A stretch of 64,000 bases of DNA, from assembly GCA_937896905.1 (NCBI GenBank), contig CALBOE010000006.1:57336-121335 (forward strand), in the 5' to 3' direction. The stretch is from an uncultured Clostridia bacterium. GTDB lineage: Bacteria; Bacillota; Clostridia; Christensenellales; UBA1242. The position numbers and the translations under genes were made by a program. Shown in pieces: positions 9,701 to 19,200 of this stretch (its first letter is position 1; every line of letters begins with the position of its first letter). Below the pieces are notes generated by a model. It was not told the DNA's origin. It did no database searches and saw nothing but the letters and a program-made list of their open reading frames with translations.

Positions 9701-10632
9701 GTTAATTTTGGAAGAGTAATGTCCTTATCGCCCAACTCGAATGACTTAATTGCTGGGGTTGTGTAAGTGATATCGTCTTCTTCTGGAGTTTCATAATCGT
9801 TTGCAGATTTAACAACAATTTTAAATGTTTTTGTTGGAGGGTTGCTGCCAAATTGATAAGTATATTTAACTGTGTAAATAGCTTCTTCTGTTGGATTAAT
9901 GCTATAAACCCCATTAGCTAGTGAAAGGTTGCTGTTTGCAGTTTCGGTTGTAATAATGCCACCATCTTTTCTAACTTCCATTTTAACGTCAACGCCAGTT
10001 TTAACATTGCCATTAGCATCGACAACTTTTGGTGTTGGAAGAACAATTGCACCTGAATCTTCTGCAACATATTCTGGAACAAGTTGGTTTAATTTGCCAA
10101 TGTATTTACCGGTTTCTGTTGGATCAATAGAAAAATCTAAGGAATATGAAACATTTTTAACAGTTACATTGTATGCATTAGAGCAGTAAATCTTGTGATT
10201 TGCTGCGTCTTCGATAATGTATAAAATGCTATATTCGCCTTCGTTAAGAGATTTAACTGAAATTTTGCCATTGTCGTTATATTCAAAATAGTTTGATACA
10301 TTTTCGTTAAGTTCGTCCAAAGCCACCTTGCTTATTGTGCCACTAACGCGATAGTCGTGCGCTTTATTAGCAGGGTCTAAAACACGAATTGTGTAGCTTT
10401 TAGCATCTTGCCATGTTGTTTCAAGCAATGGAATTTCGAAATTATCGCCTTTACCAACATCAATGGTTGCTTTTGGCATTTTCAATGAGTTAATTAACAC
10501 ATTGTAGCCAACTTGTGCGGTAATCATAGCAGCGTCGGCACTTAAAGATGGGCTAAAAGTGCAGGCAAAACTTAACACTGCGAATGCAACAAAGCACAAA
10601 ATAAATTTAAAATACTTTTTAATAACTTTCAT
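6763..10632 (-). CDS. Giant cell-surface protein with multiple Ig-like (HYR/DUF5011-type) repeats, signal peptide and C-terminal membrane anchor
   Basis: 1289 aa. N-terminal signal peptide (KKYFKFILCFVAFAVLSFA). Repeated 'GTYxVxYTAxDxAGNxxxxxFxVxVxDxxxP' signatures, e.g. GTYYVVYTAMDDAGNSTHVYFTFNVKDTTPP. C-terminal TM helix (VVGVVLIIVSLVILAGVILFFTF) plus an acidic/Lys-rich tail. Confidence 0.8.
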   Translation of the reverse strand: MKVIKKYFKFILCFVAFAVLSFACTFSPSLSADAAMITAQVGYNVLINSLKMPKATIDVGKGDNFEIPLLETTWQDAKSYTIRVLDPANKAHDYRVSGTISKVALDELNENVSNYFEYNDNGKISVKSLNEGEYSILYIIEDAANHKIYCSNAYNVTVKNVSYSLDFSIDPTETGKYIGKLNQLVPEYVAEDSGAIVLPTPKVVDANGNVKTGVDVKMEVRKDGGIITTETANSNLSLANGVYSINPTEEAIYTVKYTYQFGSNPPTKTFKIVVKSANDYETPEEDDITYTTPAIKSFELGDKDITLPKLTLNDTYGKNISHNVESIEIKIGNKTLTLQNNCYTFDMTKEAFNVQSYADLVGKVTIKYNVKTAYGTRKAIEVTPKNFTVTDSSKPSIKIAYDYVLTTDTDAQAVKAVVGDVNTNAAVDLRKEYGYTELYLPAVYAEDKVSEFKEFTFVRMLRRVSDNKMFYVDNLKLEDTNLVPVAEGEDGYNYSADANIGKINKAVRFQFAENVEDGSKYAGEYVLYYQVVSNTISKQTSYLYESGTTRYKLEVLSTDKVSATSAKPTVEFTKLNNNATIDSDGSMAISITSSDETDDRLKNAMFYYYKAKDAATTLEADISAAIAASKHNVCAFYGVGNALDLDAFKAYMEARYLGFEMVEASEANSKTFNLKLNNYAELNKAELDASRAKIDTATVVAVALNDAHNFKTDVRTLKINDLTDASAPIPTIINGGSFVNGETIDLNKLYGNNGEEESVVTLPEISFADADTTLGWDVKYYVLPTDATLSNATINFRSTSGKGYVSNTSFTGGTITPKAVGTYYVVYTAMDDAGNSTHVYFTFNVKDTTPPHLAVTPTVINNGEVSKDDNDGGIIKGSNGTTISFDAKLTSPVTKEDYSEQNLTKNPTVEADGLDWVQNADGSYTFYSAGTYTFRFVGSYAGNENTSNPVTWKVQIENAELKWDTDVDVDNYKQASTNSTVTVPYLTAHKGNIKADVTVKATFNGKDLKAENDIKEVIVNGYTVYQFNTTEDIGTYKIVYTATCGDVPLTKTLEIKVGDNRGPIMSLNNDAKSVLEQEITYTGDKLEYKVNIVRSGSRKVEIVVTNNGKKVYTYNTGLTLSDLDDSGEDSTNLYTLWENLQVTLTSEDGIVKPGDETHQFFIEGTGTCILKITAKDGYQNESVKEFKFKVISKGSSKEVSDTVVGVVLIIVSLVILAGVILFFTFTGKKGGNGKGKKLSNKTFKAAKQTKTEEVEVEKVEETVKEEVAEVEEAKEESKNDDEAKSGDVE

Positions 10633-10850
10633 TCTTGTCTCCTATTAAATTAAGTCTAAAACATTGTAATAAATAACGAGAATTTTGTCAATCAAAATAC
10701 GCTGATATTTGAAAAAGTTTACATAAATAGTTTAAGTTTTTTTAATGGTTTTATTGAAAGAAAAAAAACTAGTTATGTCGAAAAAGAAAAACATAACTAA
10801 TTTTTTGTTTGTAGTTTTTAAAATAATGGCTTTTGAGTTATAAAAACAAC

Positions 10851-11378
10851 TTAAAGCAGATTCATTTGCGCTTCGGCATAATCTTTGGTAATAAAATTAA
10901 ATGCATCGCTGCTTGCAAGAAAATACTGTTTTTCCCTGTGTTTATTTAACTTGCTAAGGAAGTTACTGTCTAAAAGTTTAAATCGTTCCAACAAAATTTT
11001 GTTTAATGTGCCAAAATCTATGGATTTTGCATCTATAAACGCTTTTGCTGTTTCAATTGCCCATTCGTTTGGTTCAACTTCACCAGATTTATCAAATTCA
11101 CAAATAACATTCATTGCTTCTGGCGATGTGGTTAAACGGCTAACAACTTTAATCTTTTCCAAAACTGTGCGTGGAAGTTCTTTAACGGCATTTGCGTCCA
11201 TATAATAGAACTCGGCAAGTTTGTCCGCTTCGGCAAAAATGCTTTCTGCTCTTCTGGGGCGCCTTAAAATAACCCTATCGCCATAAACGCCTCTGCCACG
11301 TTTATATTCCACAATTTCATAGAAGTTGTTAATTAAAAAATCTAATTGCCCCCAATTTTGCTGATTTACTTTGGTCAT
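10851..11378 (-). CDS. Hypothetical protein (175 aa), downstream partner of the HicB-like gene
   Basis: Starts 11 nt after the HicB-like stop and has an AGAGG RBS. No motif recognised. Terminator hairpin at ~10761-10800. Confidence 0.6.
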   Translation of the reverse strand: MTKVNQQNWGQLDFLINNFYEIVEYKRGRGVYGDRVILRRPRRAESIFAEADKLAEFYYMDANAVKELPRTVLEKIKVVSRLTTSPEAMNVICEFDKSGEVEPNEWAIETAKAFIDAKSIDFGTLNKILLERFKLLDSNFLSKLNKHREKQYFLASSDAFNFITKDYAEAQMNLL

Positions 11379-11389
11379 GGCAACACCTC

Positions 11390-11659
11390 TTATGCTAATG
11401 CGTCAACCAACAAAACAATGTGATTTCTGTTTGCCTTGTAAACAGTTTCAAAGTCGGTTGGGCTTTCAATTTCACAATCAAACTTAATTGCACAATCCAC
11501 CATAGCGCAAAGATATTCTTTTGCTTTTATGTAGGCATCAACAACAGTTTCACCTTCTGTAACAATTCCTAAATCCTGAATGGCAATAGTAAACCAACCT
11601 GTGTTGGTACCTTTTTCGTCGTCTTTAATAATAATTGCAGGATAAACTAAATTCTTCAT
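11390..11659 (-). CDS. HicB-like (UPF0150) antitoxin-fold protein lacking a DNA-binding domain
   Basis: 89 aa. The pattern YPAIIIKDDEKG...FTIAIQDLGIVTEGETVVDAYIKAKEYL resembles the HicB N-terminal domain consensus. Confidence 0.5.
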   Translation of the reverse strand: MKNLVYPAIIIKDDEKGTNTGWFTIAIQDLGIVTEGETVVDAYIKAKEYLCAMVDCAIKFDCEIESPTDFETVYKANRNHIVLLVDALA

Positions 11660-11776
11660 ATTCCCTCTTTTAGATATAATTAATCACTATTAGTTTATCA
11701 CAAAATTTTCATTAAGTAAAATAAATTTACACATTTTTTAAAAATGAAAAACTTCCGCCTAAACGGAAGTTTAAAA

Positions 11777-12094
11777 TTAAGCCATAAGCTCAGCGTCTTT
11801 ACCCATAACAGAGGCCTGCATTGCAAGTTCGTCTATGCCAACTTTAAGCATTTTGCTTCTTTTAGCCTTATTATTGGTTTTCTCTAGCATGCGGCCAAGC
11901 AATGAAGATATTTCGTTAACGTGGCCTCTAAATGTTTCGCAACCAGCCGATAATTGTTTAGGTGTTGTGCCCGAACGTTTAATTGAAGGAACTTGATAAA
12001 ACTTTCCATTTTGCGCATTTTTAACACGCGTTGTTCTCCACGCAATTAAGCCCATTGCAACTTCGGTGGCATTTGTTGTTTGAGTATTATTCAT
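11777..12094 (-). CDS. Hypothetical protein (105 aa)
   Basis: AAGGAGGA RBS and a TTTACA-17-TAATAT promoter upstream. Terminator at ~11746-11770. Confidence 0.55.
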   Translation of the reverse strand: MNNTQTTNATEVAMGLIAWRTTRVKNAQNGKFYQVPSIKRSGTTPKQLSAGCETFRGHVNEISSLLGRMLEKTNNKAKRSKMLKVGIDELAMQASVMGKDAELMA

Positions 12095-12296
12095 AAGTCC
12101 TCCTTATTTATATGTCCACATATTAACACAAAAAAATTAATTTGTAAATAGTTTTAAGGTAAATTTTAAAAATTAATTAAAAATTGTGTAGTTGCCTATA
12201 AAATAGATTTTTAAAGCATTTTTTAATTAATTTAATTTATATTTTTATTAACAAATGTGAGAAATAAAATTGTTTTGTATTTTTATTTATAATCAA

Positions 12297-12320
12297 ACAA
12301 AAAAAGCACATTGCTGTGCT
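12297..12320 (-). terminator. rpoC terminator
   Basis: On the minus strand: agcaca-gcaa-tgtgct hairpin followed by a T-run. Confidence 0.7.
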
Positions 12321-12330
12321 TAATTTGTTA

Positions 12331-15300
12331 TTATTCTTCGTCTAAATCTTCAAACTTAATGTTAAAGTCGGAGTTTGCAAACATTGCAGAATCCTCTTTA
12401 ACTTGCTTTGGAAGAATGTTTCTATACATTGGTGCGCCTGTTCCGGCTGGAATCATTTTACCAATGATAATATTTTCTTTTAATCCTTGAAGTTTATCTA
12501 CTTTACCCTTTAAGGCTGCTTCGGTTAACACGTTGCTAGATTCTTGGAAGGATGCAGCAGATAAGAAACTTTCTGTTGTTAAAGATGCTTTGGTTATACC
12601 TTGCAATTCACGTTTAACAGTTGCAGGAACACCGCCATCTTGAAGCACTTTTAAGTTTGCTTCTTCTGCAACTCGAATATCCACAATGTCTTGTGGAAGA
12701 AGACTTGTGTCGCCCGGATTTTCCACTTTAACTTTTCTTAACATTTGTTTAATGATAATTTCCAAGTGTTTAGCATTAATAGAAACTGCTTGAGATTTAT
12801 ACACTTCTAAAACTTCGTTAAGCAAATATTCTTGAACCGCCTTAACCCCCCTTGTTTTTAGAACGTCTTTTGGATTTAGTGGTCCTTCTGTTAATGCTGT
12901 TCCAGGGGTTACAACATCACCCGCCTTAACTTTAATTGTAGAGCCGAATGGAAGAATGTAGCTTTCTTCGGTTGTGCCTTTAACAACAACTTCAAAGCGT
13001 TTGTCTATTTGATTAATAGAAACTTTACCACCAATTTCTGTCATAACAGCAGCACCTTTAGGGTTACGTGCTTCGAAAATTTCTTCAACCCTTGGAAGAC
13101 CAGTGGTTATGTCGGCAGACGCAGTACCACCGCTGTGGAAAGTACGCAACACCAACTGTGTACCTGGTTCACCAATAGATTGAGCAGCAATAACACCAAC
13201 CGCTTCGCCAATGTGAACAATATCGTTAGTAGACATATCTCTACCATAACACTTAGAACAAACACCGGTTTTTGCCTTACAAGTTAACAAGCTTCTAATG
13301 TTAACTTTTTCAATGCCTGTTGCAATAATTTCTTTTGCAAGTTCATTGGTAATGAACACATCTGTTCCACAAATTTCTTTTTTGGTTTTAGGGTTAACAA
13401 CTGGGCTTGCTGTGAAACGTCCAACAATTCTGTTTTCCAATGTTTCAACAATGGTTCCATTAGATTTAATTGCTGTAACTTCAATACCTTTAATAGATTC
13501 GCCAAGATTTTCAAAGCAATCGTGTTCGGTAATGGTTACGTCTTGCGCAATATCAACCAATCTTCTAGTTAAGTAACCAGAGTCTGCTGTTTTAAGCGCA
13601 GTATCCATAAGTTGTTTACGAGAACCACGTGCAGCAGAATAGTATTCTAATGCAGATAAGCCACGGCGGAAGTTAGATTTAACTGGAACGTCAGAAATGT
13701 CGCCACTTGCTGCCGCCATGTTTCCTAGCATACCGCAAAGTTGTTTTAATGAATCGTCGCCACCACGAGCTTTTGATGTAATAATCATTTTTAAAGGATT
13801 AAATCTATCTAACTCTGCAGAGGTGCATTTCATAATTTTGTTGGTTGCTTGTTCCCAACTATCCATATTCTTACGGCGTTTATCGTCCTGACTTATGAAC
13901 CCTTGTTCATACAAGCTATCGGTTTGACGAACAAGTTTATCTGCTTCTTCAATAATTGCTTCACGTTCGTCTGCTTCTTTAAGGTCGAAAATAGAGAACG
14001 AAACACTTGCCAAAGTTGCATATTTATAACCCATGTTTTTGATGTTATCAATCATTGTAACAGTGGTGTTTGTTCCGTGTTTACGATAGCAAGTTTCAAT
14101 TAAGTTGCCGTAATAACCTTTTTTAACGTCGTCGTTAACTTCAAAAGTTAAAGCGTTTTCACGTTTGGTTCTATCAACAAAGCCCAAATCTTGTGGAATT
14201 ATGCTATTAAAGATTATTCTTCCCAAAGTTGTTTTTGTTCTGCCAACAATTGTTTCGCCTTCAAATTCAACTTCTCTTCTTAAATTGATTAATGCTTGCA
14301 AGCTTAATTCGCCATTTTCGTGTGCTAATTGAGCTTCTTCAACGCTACCAAAGGTCATTCCTTCTCCCTTAGCGCCTTCTCTAACAACGGTTAGATAGTA
14401 GTTACCAATAATCATATCTTGGCTTGGCACCATATTTGGCGCACCATCACTTGGTTTTAGCACGTTGTTAGAAGCTAGAAGCAACATTCTTGCTTCTGTT
14501 CTTGCTTCCACAGAAAGTGGAACGTGCATACTCATTTGGTCACCGTCGAAGTCGGCGTTAAAGCCGCCGCAGGCCAAAGGTGGTAGACGAATTGCCTTGC
14601 CTTCAACTAAAATAGGCTCAAATGCTTGCACAGACAATTTGTGAAGTGTTGGCGCACGGTTAAGTAGAACTGGGTGGCCTTGCACAACTTCACTAAGAAT
14701 ATCGTAAACAATAGGACGTTCCTGATCTATCATTCTGGTTGCTTTTTTAAGGTTGTTGGTTGCATTAAGTTCCAACAATCTTTTAATAATGAATGGGCGG
14801 AACAATTCCAAAGCCATCATTTTTGGCAAACCGCATTGATAAATTTTAAGTTCTGGGCCAACAACAATAACTGAACGGCCAGAATAGTCCACACGTTTAC
14901 CCAACAAGTTTTGACGGAAACGTCCGTGTTTACCCTTTAAACTTGCGGTTAAAGATTTTAAATCTCTTTGACGGCTTCCTTGCACCGCTCTGCCACGTTT
15001 ACCGTTATCGAACAATGCGTCAACCGCTTCTTGTAACATACGTTTTTCGTTTCTAACAATAATTTCTGGAGCACCAAGTTCCATTAACTTTTTCAAACGA
15101 TTATTACGGTTAATAACTCTGCGATACAAATCGTTCAAATCGCTTGCTGCAAATTTTCCGCCATCAATTTGCACCAATGGGCGTAAATCTGGTGGAATAA
15201 CAGGAACAACGTCTAAAATCATCCAACTTGGTTTATTTCCGCTTTTAATGAACGCTTCAATAACTTCCAATTTTTTGGTGGCTTTAAGTTTTCTTTGACC

Positions 15301-15900
15301 TTTAGAGTTGTGCATAATGTTAAAAAGTTCTTCTCTTTCTTTTTCAAGGTCGATATCGTTTAAAAGTTCTTTAACAGCTTCTGCACCCATTCCAGCGCGG
15401 AAACCATTAGGGCCATACTTTTCAACTGCTTCGCGATATTCTCTATCACGAATAACTTGTTTATAAGTAAATTCTGTGTTTTTAGGGTCTAAAACCACAT
15501 AGCTAACATAGTAAAGAACTTCGTCTAAAAGTTTTGGCGACATATCTAATGCAATACCAATTCTGCTTGGCACACCTTTGAAGAACCAAATGTGGCTAAC
15601 TGGGCAAGCAAGTTCAATATGACCCATTCTTTCGCGGCGAACTTTACTACGTGTAACTTCTACGCCACACTTATCACAAACAACGCCTTTATATCTAACT
15701 CTTTTGTACTTTCCGCAATGGCATTCCCAATCCTTTTTAGGCCCAAAAATACGTTCACAAAACAAACCATCTTTTTCTGGTTTTTGTGTGCGGTAATTTA
15801 TGGTTTCGGGTTTGGTAACTTCCCCACGAGACCAACTTCTAATTAGTTCGGGTGAAGCTATTGCAACGCGAATTGAGTCAAAATTGTTTAATTCAAACAT
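12331..15900 (-). CDS. rpoC: DNA-directed RNA polymerase subunit beta'
   Basis: 1189 aa. Catalytic NADFDGDQM motif and a zinc-binding Cys cluster ([20 protein letters not shown]). Confidence 0.98.
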   Translation of the reverse strand: MFELNNFDSIRVAIASPELIRSWSRGEVTKPETINYRTQKPEKDGLFCERIFGPKKDWECHCGKYKRVRYKGVVCDKCGVEVTRSKVRRERMGHIELACPVSHIWFFKGVPSRIGIALDMSPKLLDEVLYYVSYVVLDPKNTEFTYKQVIRDREYREAVEKYGPNGFRAGMGAEAVKELLNDIDLEKEREELFNIMHNSKGQRKLKATKKLEVIEAFIKSGNKPSWMILDVVPVIPPDLRPLVQIDGGKFAASDLNDLYRRVINRNNRLKKLMELGAPEIIVRNEKRMLQEAVDALFDNGKRGRAVQGSRQRDLKSLTASLKGKHGRFRQNLLGKRVDYSGRSVIVVGPELKIYQCGLPKMMALELFRPFIIKRLLELNATNNLKKATRMIDQERPIVYDILSEVVQGHPVLLNRAPTLHKLSVQAFEPILVEGKAIRLPPLACGGFNADFDGDQMSMHVPLSVEARTEARMLLLASNNVLKPSDGAPNMVPSQDMIIGNYYLTVVREGAKGEGMTFGSVEEAQLAHENGELSLQALINLRREVEFEGETIVGRTKTTLGRIIFNSIIPQDLGFVDRTKRENALTFEVNDDVKKGYYGNLIETCYRKHGTNTTVTMIDNIKNMGYKYATLASVSFSIFDLKEADEREAIIEEADKLVRQTDSLYEQGFISQDDKRRKNMDSWEQATNKIMKCTSAELDRFNPLKMIITSKARGGDDSLKQLCGMLGNMAAASGDISDVPVKSNFRRGLSALEYYSAARGSRKQLMDTALKTADSGYLTRRLVDIAQDVTITEHDCFENLGESIKGIEVTAIKSNGTIVETLENRIVGRFTASPVVNPKTKKEICGTDVFITNELAKEIIATGIEKVNIRSLLTCKAKTGVCSKCYGRDMSTNDIVHIGEAVGVIAAQSIGEPGTQLVLRTFHSGGTASADITTGLPRVEEIFEARNPKGAAVMTEIGGKVSINQIDKRFEVVVKGTTEESYILPFGSTIKVKAGDVVTPGTALTEGPLNPKDVLKTRGVKAVQEYLLNEVLEVYKSQAVSINAKHLEIIIKQMLRKVKVENPGDTSLLPQDIVDIRVAEEANLKVLQDGGVPATVKRELQGITKASLTTESFLSAASFQESSNVLTEAALKGKVDKLQGLKENIIIGKMIPAGTGAPMYRNILPKQVKEDSAMFANSDFNIKFEDLDEE

Positions 15901-16038
15901 AAATTTTTTCTCCTAAATAACTTTGTGTTAATTGTTTTTGTTTTCTAGATATAAATATCTAGGCATTTTGGTATACACAACCCTAACCGCCAGCCACACC
16001 GTTAAGCGTGGCATAGCGGAGAGAATTGATACACATTA

Positions 16039-16242
16039 TTAGTCGTCTAAATCGTCAAACAATTCAGATTGACAGCCACATTTTATTAAATATGGCTGGA
16101 CGAACTGAATTGACAATTTTAAAATTAGTCATCCAAATCGTCGAACAATTCAGATTGACAGCCACATTTTGTTAAATATGGCTGGACGAACTGAATTGAC
16201 AATTTTAAAATTAGTCATCCAAATCGTCGAACAATTCAGATT
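16039..16242 (-). repeat. 86-bp tandem repeat (2.4 copies) duplicating the rpoB 3' end plus a 54-nt hairpin spacer
   Basis: Copy 1 is 16039-16124, copy 2 is 16125-16210, and the partial copy 16211-16242 is the real rpoB terminus. Copies 1 and 2 differ at 4 of 86 positions. Each unit contains caattcag/ctgaattg and cagccatat/atgtggctg helices. Confidence 0.9.
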
Positions 16243-19200
16243 CGTCGAAAGCGGTGCTATTAACATCGTTTTCGTAACTATTTTGAATGTCGTCAAATTC
16301 AAGTGTAACGTCTTCAAGTGCTTGTTTGTTAACTGGTTCAACAACAGAAATTTCTTCACCTTCTTCGCTAACTTCATTAATTGTTAATTCGTGGTTATCT
16401 GCCGTTAAAATCTTAACATCTAAGCACAAACCTTGCATTTCTTTAACCAAAACTTTAAACGATTCTGGCATGCCTGGTTCTGGAATTGGTTCGCCTTTAA
16501 CAATAGCTTCGTAGGTTTTAATTCTGCCTTCAACGTCGTCCGATTTAATAGTTAACATTTCTTGCAATAATCTAGATGCACCATAAGCTTCTAATGCCCA
16601 CACTTCCATTTCACCAAATCTTTGTCCACCAAGTTGGCTACGTCCGCCAAGAGGTTGTTGAGTGATTAATGCGTAGGTTCCAATGCCACGAGCGTGGATT
16701 TTATCGTCAACCATGTGGTCTAGTTTTAACATATACATAACACCAACTGTGGTTTTATTTTCGAATGGCAAGCCAGTTCTTCCATCGTATAATTGCATTT
16801 TACCGTCTTCTGGCAAGTTGTTTTCTTTAAGCAATGCTTTAATGTCTTCTTCTGTTGCGCCATCGAATGCTGGAGTTGCAACTTTCCAATCTAGGTGTTT
16901 TGCCGCCCAACCCAAGTGAACTTCCAACAATTGGCTTAGGTTCATACGAGAAGGAATACCCAATGGGTTTAAGCAAATGTCAACAGTTTCACCGTTTGGC
17001 ATGTATGGCATATCACATTCTGGAAGCACAACCGAAATAACACCTTTGTTACCGTAACGTCCAGCAAGTTTATCTCCCACTTGAAGCACACGTTTTTGTG
17101 CAATATACACTTTAACACACATATTAACGCCTGCATCTAGTTCGTCTTTATTCTTTCTAGAAAGAATTTCAACATTAACAACAACACCTTCTTCGCCGTG
17201 TTTAACTTTTAAACTTGTGTTTTTAACTTCTTTGGTTTTTTCACCAAAAATTGCTTTTAACAATCTTTCTTCTGGGGTTAGGTCGGTTTCGCCTTTTGGA
17301 GTTACCTTACCAACAAGGATATCTCCAACTTTAACTTCTGTTCCAATTCGAATAATTCCGTTTTCGTCTAAGTTCTTTAATGCTTCTTCGCCAACGCCAG
17401 CAATATCTCTTGTTATTTCTTCGTCGCCAAGTTTAGTTGTTCTTGCTTCTATTTTAACTTGTTGAATTGCAATTGATGTGAACACATCGTCTTGCACTAT
17501 TCTTTTGTTAATTAAAATAGCGTCTTCAAAGTTGTAACCTTCCCAGTTCATAAATGCAACTGTTAAGTTCTTGCCAAGTGCAACTTCGCCCTTATCTGTA
17601 GAGCCACCATCTGCAAGCACATCGCCTTTTTTAACCTTTTCGCCTTTCTTTACAATTGGTTTTTGGTTAAAGCTTGCTTTTTCGTTCGTTCTTTCAAACT
17701 TTCTTAATTTGTGGTTAACAATGCTTCCGTCGGCATATTCCATTGTGATATAGTCGGCCGACACATATTTACAAACACCATCTTGGCTTGCAAGCACCAT
17801 GGCGCCTGAATCCACCGCAATTTTGTGTTCTATTCCAGTTCCAACAATTGGACTTTCTGCTCTTATTAATGGAACGGCTTGAGATTGCATGTTTGCACCC
17901 ATCAATGCACGGTTACCTGGTGAGTGTTCAATGAAAGGAATTAAGTTTGTTCCTGGTGCAAGAAGTTGAGTTGGGGTTAATTCCACCAATGTTACCATGC
18001 TTGCATCCACACGAACTGGTTGTCCGTTATGACGGCACTCTAACAAACCTTCTTTAATGGTTTTGTCGTCGTTTAAATCCACAGTTGCTTGCGCAATGTA
18101 GTGCCCACGTTCTTCGTCTGCCATTAAGTAAACAACTTCGTCGGTAACTTTTCCGTTTGCGTCAACTTTTCTAAATGGAGTTTCAATAAATCCATACCTA
18201 TTAATACGTGCGTAAGCAGCAATAGAAGTCATCAAACCAATAGGTTGTCCTTCTGGGGTTTCTGCCAAACAAATTCTGCCATAGTGAGATGGGTTAATAT
18301 CACGCACTTCAACAGTTGCACGTTCTTTTTTAACACCGCCTGGGCCAAAAGATGATAACCTACGTTTATGCCTTAAGCTAGATGCTGGGTTAATTTGGTC
18401 CATAAGCGCACTTAATTGGCTGGTTGCCATAAATTCTTTAAACACCTTGTTAATGTGCCTTGCATTAACAATTTGGCTTGGTGTTATATCGGTTAAATCT
18501 CTGCTTTGAAGAGATTCACGAACTTGTGCTTGAAGTTTTGTCATACCTCTACGGAATTCGTCACGTAAAAGTTCGCCACAAGTTGCAACTCTTCTCATAG
18601 ACAAGTGGTCAATTTCATCAGTTTCGCCAATGCCGTCTATTAAATTTAGGTGATAGCTTACTGTTGCAAGCATATCGTCTAAAGTAACTTGGTAATCTTC
18701 AAGTTTTCTAGCATTTGTGCTTATTGCTGCCTTTAAAGCTTCTTCGTTGCCTTTGTTTTCTTTCATAATTTCTTGCAACAATGGAAGATAAACAAGTTCT
18801 GTTATGCCAAATTCGGCTGGGTTAAGTTTTGCGTATGCTTTAAGGTCTACCCTGGCATTACCAACAACTCTAATAACTTTGTCGTCCACAATAATATCTA
18901 CTGCGTTAACACCAGCATTTTGAATTGCCCATGCGGTTTGTTTATCTATAAATTCGCCCTTAGAAACATAAACCTTTTTGCCAACTTTTACGTCAGCTGC
19001 AGCAATTTGGTCGGTAATTCTGTTTGCAAGCGACAATTTTTTGTTAAGTTTAAAACGGCCAACTTTTTCCATGTTGTAGTGTTGTTGGTTAAAGAAACGG
19101 TCGTTAATATATGCCAATGTGTTTTCTGGGTTAGGAATTTCACCCGGACGAGTTCTACGGCCAAATTCAATTAAAGCATCTTCTTGGGTGATTTGTGCTT

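Noticed and set aside
16150-16387. Track ORFs 16150-16377 (minus) and 16169-16387 (plus) in the rpoB-rpoC spacer.
   Set aside because: They are generated by the tandem repeat and the rpoB 3' end read in other frames. They have no RBS and a low-complexity product.
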